Part shown: positions 50,429-61,420 of the stretch, piece after piece | Position numbering within the stretch: position 1 is the first letter of the stretch | Layout of the letters: the number at the start of each line of letters is the position of its first letter | From: Amphiscolops sp. MND2022 | Lineage: Eukaryota | Assembly (NCBI GenBank): GCA_964187785.1 | Contig: OZ076409.1 | Span: 91,514,001-91,578,000, forward strand | Direction: 5' to 3' | DNA: 64,000 bases | Program-made: the position numbers and the translations under genes | Notes under the pieces: generated by a model | Database searches by the model: none | What the model was told of the DNA's origin: nothing | Seen by the model: only the letters and a program-made list of their open reading frames with translations

Positions 50429-51059
50429 ATCATAATCGATAGCACAACCAGGTCATGGACCATTGCGTAAATGATCAGGGTAGTACTAACAGAGACTCTC
50501 TACCGCCTAAGCTTTACCAAAAATGATTGAAATCTACAAAAGCAAAAGATTCACTTGTGTACCGAAAATTGTATATTCAACAAAAACAAATAAAAGTACA
50601 CAAATTGCCCAAAAACATTTACAATATGTTATAAACCAGTGCTAAAGTGCTATCATGATGAAAGTGCGGGAATTAGAAACAGCAAAAAAACAATCAAACA
50701 TTCAGCGGTAAAGGTTACGCGTTCAATTGAACTGAAGCTCTAGTCCTGTTGACGCGTTGTCCGCTCTTGTATCAATTCATGGGAAATGCTTGTTCCTTAT
50801 TGTGGTCCGGCGAACATATCGCCTTTTATCAGTATAGTATATACTCTAGTCGCTATCATTACTAATTCATGTAAACACTTACGTAATTTAAGAACTTGCT
50901 ATTATTATTTGGTGGTATTGATTATAGCAGAAAGGGGTTTTAGAAGAACGAGATTTTAGCCGAAAAACGAATTACAAATGAGTAATCTAAAATGAATAAA
51001 ATTGAAAAAAATAATAATGAGTATCTACAAAAAGAAATCTATCTACAAAATAAGGCAAA

Positions 51060-51652
51060 CTAGTTACAAACATTACAGAGAACGGATACTAGGCCTATAT
51101 TAGTCCGGTAGCAAAAAATATCAATCAAATTGTTTTCGAGCGCGTCTTTGAGTCTTCGAACTCTTGAATTAACATTTCGATATTTTCGCCTTTGGGGGAC
51201 CGGGGGTTCTCCTCTTCCGACTTTTCTAAATTTACCTTTTTGATTTCGTTCTTTTTTTTCAGGTCCATGATGACCCCCCCCCAAATATTTCGACTGCTGT
51301 TTCCCAACTGGTGCTTACAGTTCGAATTCCAACCTTCGCAAAGGTTTGTGGTCCTTAAAAGACTGGCTCTTTGATAAACGTTCCAAAATGAAAAGGGCAT
51401 TCCTCTAATTTTTTTGATTTTCAACATAATGGAAAAAAGTATCAAGAGTCGGAAAAAGTTGCTGCAACTGATGATTTTCCGAATTGATCCGAAAACATCC
51501 GAAATCCGGTAAATACATTGTGTATAATGGAAATAACATCCAAGCTGTTCGGTATTAGGCAAATAAATTCGAACCGATGATAAAATACCGGTTTCATAAT
51601 AGAATGACGACCTAACCCAAAACTGATTTACTTCTGTCAATTTTGTGAGCAT
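51060..51652 (-). pseudogene. MULE/Mutator transposase remnant, frameshifted
   Basis: GCYFHYTQCIYR (CxxH) and RTTNLCEGWN (catalytic E) motifs; RKYRNVNSRVRRL tail in a second frame. Confidence 0.85.
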
Positions 51653-52268
51653 AAATCTTCAACATATGTAGTTGGAATTGAGTATACGCGCATGATATTG
51701 TCAAGAGGGGTAGAAGCTTTCCAGACGTTTTTGCAAGGACCTTCACGAAACCAATTTTCAGGTGCCGTGAGTCTTAGCGAGCAAGGAAAATTCAAATTGC
51801 TGCCCAGAGTCAATAGGGAATGAAAAAATGCAAAGCGCTGTGTTTTTCAAGTAGATTGTCAAATGTTCTAAATATAGAATTAATAAAACTAGAAATAGAA
51901 AATGACCGTTAGTTGGAGTTTTTACACTGTTTTCGAATCATTCACAAAATTTAACCACGAACACTCTTAAAATTTGAAAAAAAACTAACAAGACACTGGA
52001 AATCTCTCACTTTCTCTGTCAATCATCCGTTCATTACGTAATCAAATCTTTAACAAAGACTGATCCGAACCTTCAGAAAAAGTCTAGACGTCTTCACCAG
52101 TCATTTCGTTCACACTTTTGATGTGCGAAAGTTCATTTGCTTCGAAGAAAAGTTATCGAAGTGAATGACTGACAAGCTGAATTGCAATGTTCTGAGTTGT
52201 TATGAAAAATGTTTTTTTATGGTTCACCTAGTATTTTTGTGAATTGTGTGAGAACAAAGATTCCATAC

Positions 52269-53834
52269 CTTCACTAGCTGCTCAATAGTGGCCAACTGTC
52301 CGTAGCCGGCCGCTCGGTTCAGAGGAGTCCTGATCTCGCCCAACTTCCTGGAGAGCTGAGTGGACTCGTAGTTGGACACGATCTCGGCTACTCTGTCTTC
52401 GTCCCCTCTCTCGGCCGCTTCGATCAAACTCAGCATCGAGTCTGAACAAAAAGGCTTTATCTTTAAATGGTTCCATCTCATGTCTTGAAAGTTTCTATGA
52501 AAGAGTATACACACTGAAAGAGTAGATTTTAAGCGATTGATTCCTTCAAAAAATTGGATTTTAATTCATATGAACTGAAATTGTATTGCCTCGTTTTCCT
52601 TCGTTTGCAGCTAGAGCTCACTTAAAGTGATATTATTTCACTCAATGTGGGAATTTGAAGCGACGCTATGGTTAGGATACGACTCTATTTTATCGGTCGA
52701 TTCACTTGATGTGTAAAGATGCTTCATTTGAAATAAAATTGGTGTAAAATCAGCGAAAGTGGATTTTTGATTTTAAGTTTCCATTCAAATTGCCTAATTA
52801 ATGAATAATGAACGATATTTGATCAGCGGAATAAGTCAGTTATCAGCGTGGAAGTAGAATAGTTCCTCCGAAAACTGTGAAAACAAATAGTATAGATGAG
52901 GTTTTGTCATTATCTTGGATCAAGCCTTACAATAACAAAGAGTTCGTATTTTACCCTGAAAATTATGTTTACCTTGCGCCTATGACAAACACTTTCAAGT
53001 TCTCTTTTGAAGAAAACTTTCTTACATTTCACGTTTTTCTGTCTCACCTGATAATTTAGCTGTAACACTGAGATTAGAGTTAACTGAAACTGTTGAAGTA
53101 TGTCTGCCAAATGAGAGCCTGGTGCCACGTCCAGATGATGCTGATTTCGCTCTGGATCCGATATCTTGTTTTCCGAGACTGGTTTCATCTCCCAGCGGGG
53201 TATCGGGTAGTTTTTGGATAGTCTTGGCAGTGCTTGGTCTGGTCACAGCTGTAGACACTCGGCTTTGATTCTTAGAGGACAAGTTTGGGGTTGCGCTGGA
53301 AACGTATCCGGATGTTTTTCCAGAACCTGGTCTGGATAGCACAGAAGATGTTGGTCGGCTGCTGGAATGCTTCTGATCTGCAATTATCAATCAAGGTAAC
53401 CGATAAAATGAATTACGTCTGGTTGACTTTTATTCCGTCACCAAACTGATAGGTGATTCTAATTTTTCCAAAAATGATTATTCACTTTTACAAGGGTAAG
53501 AGTTGGAATTTTCCTGAATTCATTTTGAAACTCCGTGTATACTCTAAAGAATTTTTGAGTTTGGACAATATATTAGTGGACGCTAATTTGAAAAGCTAAT
53601 AAAATTGCTGAAAAAATTTTGCGCGGCCGCTAATTCGCCAAATCGCTGATTAGCCGTGTCAAAACTCTGAATGGCAGATTGGCTGATTGCCCCATACAGA
53701 AACCGAGACTGCTTACTTGTCACAGAATTGCTCGTTCGTGAAGACGGTCGGATGGAAGGAGGAACTTTGGGGGGTCTCCGGGTATCATGCCGGGGGCTGG
53801 CAGCCAACATTTCCAGTGTAATGTTCTTCGGCAT
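52269..53834 (-). CDS. Host ankyrin-repeat protein, 5' coding exons 53834-53717, 53377-53048, 52441-52269; downstream exons not located
   Basis: GT..AG introns with phases 1,1,0 give one frame; S/R/P-rich N-terminus, then LIEAAERGD..V..IV and TPLNRAAGYGQLATIEQLVK ankyrin repeats. Confidence 0.8.
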
Positions 53835-54482
53835 TGTTGGAATCTACTCTGCGAATTAGGAAAAAGGAGCGATAAAGAAGAGGAAAAAGAATTTGATTGT
53901 CAGGATCGGCAATCAGTTCACCTGTGTCACACGCTCTACTGCGCAAACCATGAAACGTGACTCATTGTACCAATTATGACTGTCGCATAAAAATGAGACT
54001 AGATCATTCCAATCGAGGGAATTGGTTGTCTCTGAATCTCAATTTCACTCGCTACTTTTCACGAAAACATAAACTTGTCCAAATTCATTTGACCATGATA
54101 TTTTTCACCGTGAGAGAACAAAACGAATAAAAATTGGCCACAAGTCTTGAACACTTTTTAACAATGACCAAAAAATCTCAAACGCAAAACAGCATGATTA
54201 TAATTGGCTAAATTTTTGTACAGAAATGTTAGTCAAACGTAATGTACATTTGCGCTCTCTTCAATTTCTTTGTTTTCGTTATGTGACGTAAAAATCTGGC
54301 CATTATAATTATGATACACAAAGTTTTTGGGCCAGAGTTTCTTCTGAAGTATATCTACGCGCCTAGGAATCAAATGGTTGATCCTTTGTCAGCATCGAGT
54401 GATAGACTAAAGCTCTCTGTTTATGATTAAATCGAACATAAAGCTATCCCATTACTTGACATGACATGGAACGGTTGAATGA

Positions 54483-54618
54483 AAGTAGTGTATATAATCG
54501 TATTTGACGCCAGCGCGAAGGGCGCAAGCTGGCTCACTTCGTTCGCCCCCTTGCTTCGCCATTCGCTTCGCTCATGGCTACTGCGCGCTAACGTCAAATA
54601 CGATTATATACACTACTT
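54483..54618. repeat. Branched hairpin: perfect 27-bp inverted repeat enclosing GC-rich sub-hairpins
   Basis: aagtagtgtatataatcgtatttgacg (54483-54509) pairs with cgtcaaatacgattatatacactactt (54592-54618). Confidence 0.92.
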
Positions 54619-54745
54619 CTTTACCATCCTTACACCTATCGTTAAATACGATTTCTTACACTACTTTGGTAATACTCTACTAACCATGTTTTAGTATAAA
54701 GCTGAAATTCTTTTGAACTGCTAAATTTCTATGAATTTCACTCTG

Positions 54746-54890
54746 TAAATGTAAATATTGATTTTCAAAAGAAATTTTTTCAGACTGCTAATTAGTTGAG
54801 AAGGTAGATGTAAATATTGATTTTCAAACGAAATTCTTCCAGACTGCCAATTAGTTTAGAAGGTAGATGTAAATATTGATTTTCAAAACA
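54746..54890. repeat. ~60-bp tandem repeat, about 2.4 copies
   Basis: atgtaaatattgattttcaaa...cagactgc.aattagtt..gaaggtag repeated. Confidence 0.8.
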
Positions 54891-55124
54891 ATTAAAAAGA
54901 AACGAGAAAAACTTGAGCACTGAAGTGAATTTAATTACACCAAAAATCAATAAAAACACCCAACATTTTCAAAAATTATCTCCACTTCTACTGGGTTTTA
55001 AGAGATGGGGTTTTCACCATTGTGATCCTCTCTTCCATACGAGTAAAAAGAGATGTCGATGAGCAAAATCCGCCGAGTAGTTAACAAAACCCATCACCAA
55101 ACGCATTCATTTGAAACAAGATAA

Positions 55125-55660
55125 AATCAAAAAATCTAATTTGACCATGCTGGTTATTTGACCATGCTAGTTATTTGAGCTTGTGCGATTTTTGAATTAC
55201 GCGCGCTCCTAGGTATGGATAGGTGGATAGCAAACCATTGCACGAATCAAAAAATCTAATTTGACCATGCTAGTTATTTGAGCATGTGCGATTTTTGAAT
55301 TACGCGGGCTCCTAGGTATGGATAAGCGGATAGCAAACCATTGCACGAATCAAAAAATCTAATTTGACCATGCTAGTTATTTGAGCATGTGCGATTTTTG
55401 AATTACGCGCGCTCCTAGGTATGGATAGGTGGATAGCAAACCATTGCACGAATCAAAAAATCTAATTTGACCATGCTAGTTATTTGAGCATGTGCGATTT
55501 TTGAATTACGCGGGCTCCTAGGTATGGATAAGCGGATAGCAAACCATTGCACGAATCAAAAAATCTAATTTGACCATGCTAGTTATTTGAGCATGTGCGA
55601 TTTTTGAATTACGCGCGCTCCTAGGTATGGATAGGTGGATAGCAAACCATTGCATGAATC
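55125..55660. repeat. 103-bp tandem array, five units alternating A/B
   Basis: Unit starts at 55125, 55245, 55348, 55451 and 55554; the first unit carries a 17-bp internal duplication. Confidence 0.95.
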
Positions 55661-55718
55661 CTCCAAACATTCATTTGTATTATTAATTACAACTCAGTCG
55701 CCACACTCTCTTATCAAC

Positions 55719-56459
55719 ATGAGTGACAATCTCAAAACGAATATCAACCTTGCCAAAAAAATAAAGAAACTCGGATCCCGTCAGGAGGCTGTTTTGGCTG
55801 GTGTGGCAGACCAACTGACAGAAGAAGAGAAGGCAAATATCACCAATGCTCTAGGCAAAATGGATCAGCTCTCTAACAATATCAAGATTGAAGATGATAA
55901 ACCCACAAATCAAACCACATCGGGCGCACCAAATTTTGAAGCCTTCTTCTCAACATTCAGAAACGAGCTTCACGCATATGAGGAATCAGACAGAATGGAC
56001 AGCTTGATGTTTTCATCAGGTGAGTATCTCCAATTCAAGACAAGTCTCTATGACAGCTTTGATCCGATGTACTACAAGCGCTATATCTCGCAAATTTACA
56101 AATTTGAAGGTCAAGCCAACCGAGTGTTGCTGTTTCTTGCTGCTGACCGAGGTTTCATTTATTCCAAAATGAAAGAAGATTGTCTCCTGAAAAATATCAC
56201 ATGGAGAAAATATCTCGCTGGACAGAAACTCTCATACACGACGGTGAACAACCATATTCAGTTTTACGATCTGGTGGAACTGTACCCGAGAGTGCTCATA
56301 TCCGGAGCAACCAAAACAGAATGGTTCAAATTCACAAATCAATTCAAAGGGGCGATAAAAGATGACGAAAGCATGAAAACGAGGTTGGCAGTCAGTTTAA
56401 AGGAATTCTTAGAGCAAGATGGCTCTTTTGAAGACGCCTGTGAAAACATTAAAATTTAA
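55719..56459 (+). CDS. Hypothetical protein (246 aa), possible C-terminal helix-turn-helix
   Basis: ATG 55719 downstream of a TCAGT initiator-like motif; WRKYL...SYTTVNNHIQFYDLVELYP segment. Confidence 0.7.
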   Translation: MSDNLKTNINLAKKIKKLGSRQEAVLAGVADQLTEEEKANITNALGKMDQLSNNIKIEDDKPTNQTTSGAPNFEAFFSTFRNELHAYEESDRMDSLMFSSGEYLQFKTSLYDSFDPMYYKRYISQIYKFEGQANRVLLFLAADRGFIYSKMKEDCLLKNITWRKYLAGQKLSYTTVNNHIQFYDLVELYPRVLISGATKTEWFKFTNQFKGAIKDDESMKTRLAVSLKEFLEQDGSFEDACENIKI

Positions 56460-57260
56460 TATTCCCCTCTATCTGTTTGGTGAGTTTGAAATGAATTTAG
56501 TCTATGGTCACAATGTTTTAGTATCAGTTGAAACGAGACTTATACATTATAGCCTATCTCCACATGTTTAAGTATCCGTTGAACGGAGATTTATACATTA
56601 TAGCCTATATCCACATGTTTAAGGATAGGACTTACCATCTTACCATGGTAATAGTCGCAGGTTGGCGGTCATATCATAATATTGTGTATAATCATGTATA
56701 ATGTATAAAATACAACGGAAAAAATATATTCAAATTTTCAGTTTTTTCTAGAATAACTGTACAGAATTAAATAAATCTACTAAGGTGGAAGAATACTGAT
56801 GAAAAAAGACAATCGAATTTTATGTTTTTTGTTCACCAAATAAAGGTTGCCATTTTCAGCACACAATACTGTGTTGCATATAATCATTTTATTTGTATCT
56901 TTTGACTATTTTCTGTATTATTCGGGAAAACATATAACGACTGACTTTTTGGTTCTGTTGCTGTGGAAGAAAGACACCCCCCTTTAATTGGAACATTTGT
57001 AATACTCTTTTATCTAGTTACTGAATGTTTTCGTGTGGATTCGAAAAAAGAGTCAGTATTATAGTCGCGTTTCACTTCATGATGTGCCGGCTCAAAACAA
57101 ACACGAGACGCCAATATGCTTATAACCAAGTAAACGTTGATAATACTATTCAAATTTAAAACATGTAGTCTGTGATTATCAGTGTAGGTTTACCATTGCG
57201 CATGCCTATGTGTCTTGTATTTTTTAGTCATAGACATTTTCATGTCCAATTAAATAAAGA

Positions 57261-57671
57261 ATGAATTTAACATTCAAAGAATTTGTCAAGAAATATGGAT
57301 TAAAAAACGAAGCAACTTCTAATGTAAAAATAAAAGGTATACTAGACATAATAAATAGACATATTCATGATTCCTGTAAAGTGTACATGAGAGATGATAA
57401 ATTTACAACTGATTCAGGAATTGTAAATTTACACCCCTCAGTGGGAACACACTGGGTCATGTTTATTAAGGAATATTACTTCGATTCATATGGCTGCCCA
57501 CCTCCAATAAACATACTCAACTATCTTAATATTGGTCAATACTCAGAATATCAAATTCAAAAAAATGATAGCTATTGCGCAGGGTATTGTTTATATGTTT
57601 TATATCTTACACAAAGTATAGGCTTTAAAAATGCAGTTTTAAGTTTATACTATCAGACATTTTGTCATTAA
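57261..57671 (+). CDS. Adenain-like cysteine (maturation) protease
   Basis: GTHWV, YFDSYG and QIQ...SYCAGYC catalytic H/D/Q/C motifs. Confidence 0.92.
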   Translation: MNLTFKEFVKKYGLKNEATSNVKIKGILDIINRHIHDSCKVYMRDDKFTTDSGIVNLHPSVGTHWVMFIKEYYFDSYGCPPPINILNYLNIGQYSEYQIQKNDSYCAGYCLYVLYLTQSIGFKNAVLSLYYQTFCH

Positions 57672-57674
57672 TAA

Positions 57675-57842
57675 ATGAAGAAAATTAATACTTATTCAGC
57701 TCAGTTTAAAGTCATATATCCAAAAGATCATTCAAAAAATAATAATACGAATGGTATTCCGAATGAGAAAAAATTATCAAAAGATAGACAAGAATTTATA
57801 AATAACATAGCTGAGAGTGGATTTAAACACTTTCATGCATAA
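57675..57842 (+). CDS. Small 55-aa hypothetical protein, not in the ORF track
   Basis: MKKINTYSAQ...FKHFHA*; fills the gap between protease and penton genes and starts in TAAATG. Confidence 0.5.
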   Translation: MKKINTYSAQFKVIYPKDHSKNNNTNGIPNEKKLSKDRQEFINNIAESGFKHFHA

Positions 57843-57845
57843 TAA

Positions 57846-59057
57846 ATGGATCTATCAAACTTTGTAACTTATGATAAAAAGGAATCTCTTTTGCTGAATA
57901 TTGCTAAATCTAATCAAGAAATTGTTGAAAATACTCATTCGAAACCACAAGAAACTCTAGAATTTAAAATGACTAAACAAAAAGAATCTTTTTCATTCGA
58001 TGTTCCTCTCCAACTAAATGAAAATTGGATGATGGGAGTAACAAGTTTAGAAGTCTATAATACAGTTTATAATATCACTAATAGCAATAACAAACTAGAG
58101 ACTGTTCTGAATGATCAACAACTCAAAGAACTTAACCTTGACAGTGAATTATTAGTGTCTGTCGAAGATTTATATAAGGCCTATTTTGTTAAACCTTATA
58201 AGTATAATCAATTTATAGAAAAGGTTAATAAACTTATAACTAATAGTTATTCTAAAAAGAAGAAACTTACTAGAGTAGATTTTACCTATTTAACAAAGAT
58301 AATTGAATCACTTAATCAAATAAATAAAGAACGCCTCAATCAAGAAAAAATAAAGCAGGAAAAAATGAAACAAGAAAAAGAAGATCAAGAAAGAATAATT
58401 CAAGCATACAAAGACCACCTAAAACTTGAAAAAATAAATTGGGACGAAATAAATTGGGAGGAAATAAATTTGGATGAAATAAACCAAGAAGAAATAAACC
58501 AAATAAATCAAATAAATTTACCCCCCTTTGAAATTATTGAAAACGATTTCTTTGGAATACAACTAACACCAGGAGTTTATGAACTAGTTGATATAAATAA
58601 TGCAATTAAACAAAAAATTCATGAAAGTGAATTTGATTTTAAAATTGATATAATACCCGACACAATATCAATGAAATCAGTTTTAACAACCTCAAACTAT
58701 ATTCATTTTAACTCCAGACTTAACATTCTTTTGGGATTTACAAACAAGGATTACCCACCCGGAACTCACACTTCAGAGAAACCAGTTATGATAACGACCA
58801 CCGATAAAGTTCACCTGAAGTGCGACTGCGTAGATGGTTCAATTGTTAATGGAATTAGAGAACAAATCCTGTTTAGTTTTAATCTTAGTGCTCCTCCGGG
58901 ATATAAAATTATAAATAATCCGACTACTGTTTTGTACAAAAAGATAAACAAAACAAGATTAGACCAGATACAATTTTTTCTTGAAGACTCCAACCACAAC
59001 CCAGTAGATTTCAACAACGAGACACTCACATTCACAATTCAAATCATCAAGATTTAA
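57846..59057 (+). CDS. Minor capsid protein (penton-like) with low-complexity insertion
   Basis: PLQL..W..G..SLEVYNTVYNI, PGVYE, LGF, CDCVDGSIVNG...PPGYKI...VDFNNE motifs typical of Polinton/adintovirus pentons. Confidence 0.85.
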   Translation: MDLSNFVTYDKKESLLLNIAKSNQEIVENTHSKPQETLEFKMTKQKESFSFDVPLQLNENWMMGVTSLEVYNTVYNITNSNNKLETVLNDQQLKELNLDSELLVSVEDLYKAYFVKPYKYNQFIEKVNKLITNSYSKKKKLTRVDFTYLTKIIESLNQINKERLNQEKIKQEKMKQEKEDQERIIQAYKDHLKLEKINWDEINWEEINLDEINQEEINQINQINLPPFEIIENDFFGIQLTPGVYELVDINNAIKQKIHESEFDFKIDIIPDTISMKSVLTTSNYIHFNSRLNILLGFTNKDYPPGTHTSEKPVMITTTDKVHLKCDCVDGSIVNGIREQILFSFNLSAPPGYKIINNPTTVLYKKINKTRLDQIQFFLEDSNHNPVDFNNETLTFTIQIIKI

Positions 59058-59066
59058 TATAAATAA

Positions 59067-59468
59067 ATGAGCTTCAATAAATTTAAAACTAAGTCTTATT
59101 GTGTTGGTGGTAAACACTATTCTGCTACAACTAATATTCGAGGAGATATTTCTCAAAATAAAAAAACTGGCATGCCAGTTAAACTCCTACGTGGTGTGTG
59201 TGTAACATGTAAAAGAAATAAATCCCTTATAGTATCTGATCAAACTATTTCAGCCGAGGGATTGGGTGACTTCTTTAAACATATTGGCAAAGCTGCAAAG
59301 AATGTTGGAAAGAAAATACTCAATAATCCTGGTAGAGCACTAGAACTCGCAGCTAATATTGGTACCGCAGCAGCAAGTAAAAATCCACGAATGATAGCTG
59401 CAACTGCTCCTGATATTATAAAATTTGTTCATCAAGGAAAAGGCTTATATTTGGGAAAAATTCATTAA
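59067..59468 (+). CDS. Small basic virion core-like protein: zinc ribbon plus amphipathic helix
   Basis: YCVGG..CVTC, followed by EGLGDFFKHIGKAAKNVGKKIL. Confidence 0.7.
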   Translation: MSFNKFKTKSYCVGGKHYSATTNIRGDISQNKKTGMPVKLLRGVCVTCKRNKSLIVSDQTISAEGLGDFFKHIGKAAKNVGKKILNNPGRALELAANIGTAAASKNPRMIAATAPDIIKFVHQGKGLYLGKIH

Positions 59469-59483
59469 ATTTATGGTTAATAA

Positions 59484-60404
59484 ATGTATTCAATACATAA
59501 TCGTGATGATTTAGAAAAATTAAAAAAATTGCAAAAAACAAAATCTTCACTCCACAAAGAAAGATTAAAAGAGAAACTTGGGAAGCAAGACTTTCATTAC
59601 GATATGGAAGAAGTTTTTGAACCCGTTACTGAAAACCAGAAACAAAACCAAACTAAACAACAAGAACTTTCTGAAAAGCAAATACAAGCGCTACGTGATT
59701 CTACTCAAACTACAACACAAGCAATCGAAAATCAGGCAAGAGCAATAGAACACAGTAGTGATATTTTAAATAAAAATTTACAAAAATCTATTAAAGATGC
59801 TAATTCCAACCAAGTAGACAGTTCAATTGTTAAAACAGTTTCCAACCTTCTCAATGACAAAAACAAAAGTCAATTTAGTTTAGAACCTGTTTTAGGAAGT
59901 TCAAATTTCTTCACAATTAACCACACTGATCCTCAACTAGTACAAATCAAAGGTTCAACGATGACTTTCCAGAATGGTAACACATATAATTTAAATGATC
60001 CGGATCTTTCATCTTATATAACTAATGCACAAATAGATAAAAAAATACAAAACGAGAATCTTATTTATAATTTTTTAAAAGATTTGAAATATGATCTTAA
60101 TTATCGAGATAAAAAATCAAAGAGGTATTATTTCATTAAACATTTGATTAATCAATACACATATCAACAATCCCAATCGGGAAGTGGATTAAATCAGTAT
60201 ATCTTCCTCCCATCTGACCCAGATGAGCTTGTAGATCAACTTAAACTAATCGTGTTAGAAAAAGTAGGAGGAAATGATAATCCTATGCTGAGCGAACAAA
60301 TCATAGCAATTGCTGATAAACTTTTACAATACCAATGCATTACAACAAATCAACATCAAAACATTGTTTCAGCTTTTACTAAAAAGGATCAGTTTGTGGA
60401 TTAA
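59484..60404 (+). CDS. Conserved Polinton hypothetical protein
   Basis: C-terminal GSGL..LPSDPDELVDQLKLI..EKVGGN motif recurrent in Maverick ORFs. Confidence 0.75.
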   Translation: MYSIHNRDDLEKLKKLQKTKSSLHKERLKEKLGKQDFHYDMEEVFEPVTENQKQNQTKQQELSEKQIQALRDSTQTTTQAIENQARAIEHSSDILNKNLQKSIKDANSNQVDSSIVKTVSNLLNDKNKSQFSLEPVLGSSNFFTINHTDPQLVQIKGSTMTFQNGNTYNLNDPDLSSYITNAQIDKKIQNENLIYNFLKDLKYDLNYRDKKSKRYYFIKHLINQYTYQQSQSGSGLNQYIFLPSDPDELVDQLKLIVLEKVGGNDNPMLSEQIIAIADKLLQYQCITTNQHQNIVSAFTKKDQFVD

Positions 60405-61200
60405 AGATTTTATACTCTGGATTAGATTCATTGCACAGTTTATACTTACATCCGTTTTTATCTTCTAGCCTGTTTATTAATAAATAGTTGTATTTTTCTT
60501 TCCATGCCTCCCTGCACAAACTTTTAAATTCATCATAAGACATATCAAAACCTGCAATATCTCTGTATATATTTTCTACATCTTTCAATGTTTGTTGAAA
60601 TAAAATTATGATATTACTATTATTGCGTATGGTGCGTTTAGGCAAATCGAAATATGACTGTGATAAATAATAAACATCTAAATCATTATGTCTTCCCCTA
60701 GTAAAAAATGGATCTATTAATTTCTGATTCGAGTCTAACATATCATCAAATACAACACAACAATTTTGAAAATCTTGTATTGTTCTATCTTCTAGATCGT
60801 CTTCCACTGAAACGTCTTCTAGTTGTATGTTCTCGTATTGTTCCGGAGATCTAGTTATGATTTTTATTTGTTGTTCTGGGTTATCCAAGCGAATTAATTG
60901 TAATTTGTTTAATAACAAAAAAGTCTTACCACAAAATGAAGGACCAACTATTAATGTTCAATTTAATGCATCAGCCTCAATTGTATTATTTGTATCAGTT
61001 TTATGAATGTTTTTTATATGCTTTGACAAATATGTTTTATTGAATTCACGGTTACAAAATTCACACCTCATCTTCCTATTAAAACAACTAATACACTTAA
61101 TATATACATCACCATTTTTATATTTATAGAAATCTTCTTCAGATTTAAAAATATTACACCCTTTACAGATTTTTTTATTACCACAATTTAAACTGTTCAT
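60379..61200 (-). pseudogene. A32/FtsK-like packaging ATPase with N-terminal zinc fingers, interrupted by one in-frame TGA at 60958-60960
   Basis: Walker A IVGPSFCGKT just after the TGA, Walker B VVFDD, RGRH and SQSYF motifs; the 80-aa upstream ORF is in the same frame. Confidence 0.88.
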
Positions 61201-61229
61201 TTATTTAGTAAAATTCCGTTGTAAAATGA

Positions 61230-61385
61230 ATCACTAAGACGATTTTTTGTCACTAAGACCCACCTCTTAGGGAATAAGAAACACTAAGGATCACTAAGAG
61301 TCACTAAGACCCACCTCTTAGTGAATAAGAAACACTAAGAATCACTAAGAGTCACTAAGAGTCACTAAGACCCAACACTTAGTGA
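61230..61385. repeat. Cluster of CACTAAGA motifs in the divergent ATPase/integrase intergenic region
   Basis: About nine cactaag(a/g) copies plus inverted ttagtg and a ~60-bp duplication. Confidence 0.8.
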
Positions 61386-61420
61386 TAAAAATACCACTTT
61401 CAACCATTCTAAATTATTAA

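Larger units (their letters stand above)
47349..51243. repeat. Tandem triplication; units start at 47349, 48541 and 49896; period 1355 bp, first unit 1192 bp
   Basis: Near-identical blocks, each ending in the same MULE 3' coding fragment. Confidence 0.93.

Noticed and set aside
55125..55660. CRISPR-like array
   Set aside because: Units are contiguous 103-bp repeats with no unique spacers, there are no cas genes, and the context is eukaryotic.
54483..56459. Endogenous parvovirus
   Set aside because: No NS1 HUH/SF3 helicase or parvoviral capsid motifs near the hairpin.
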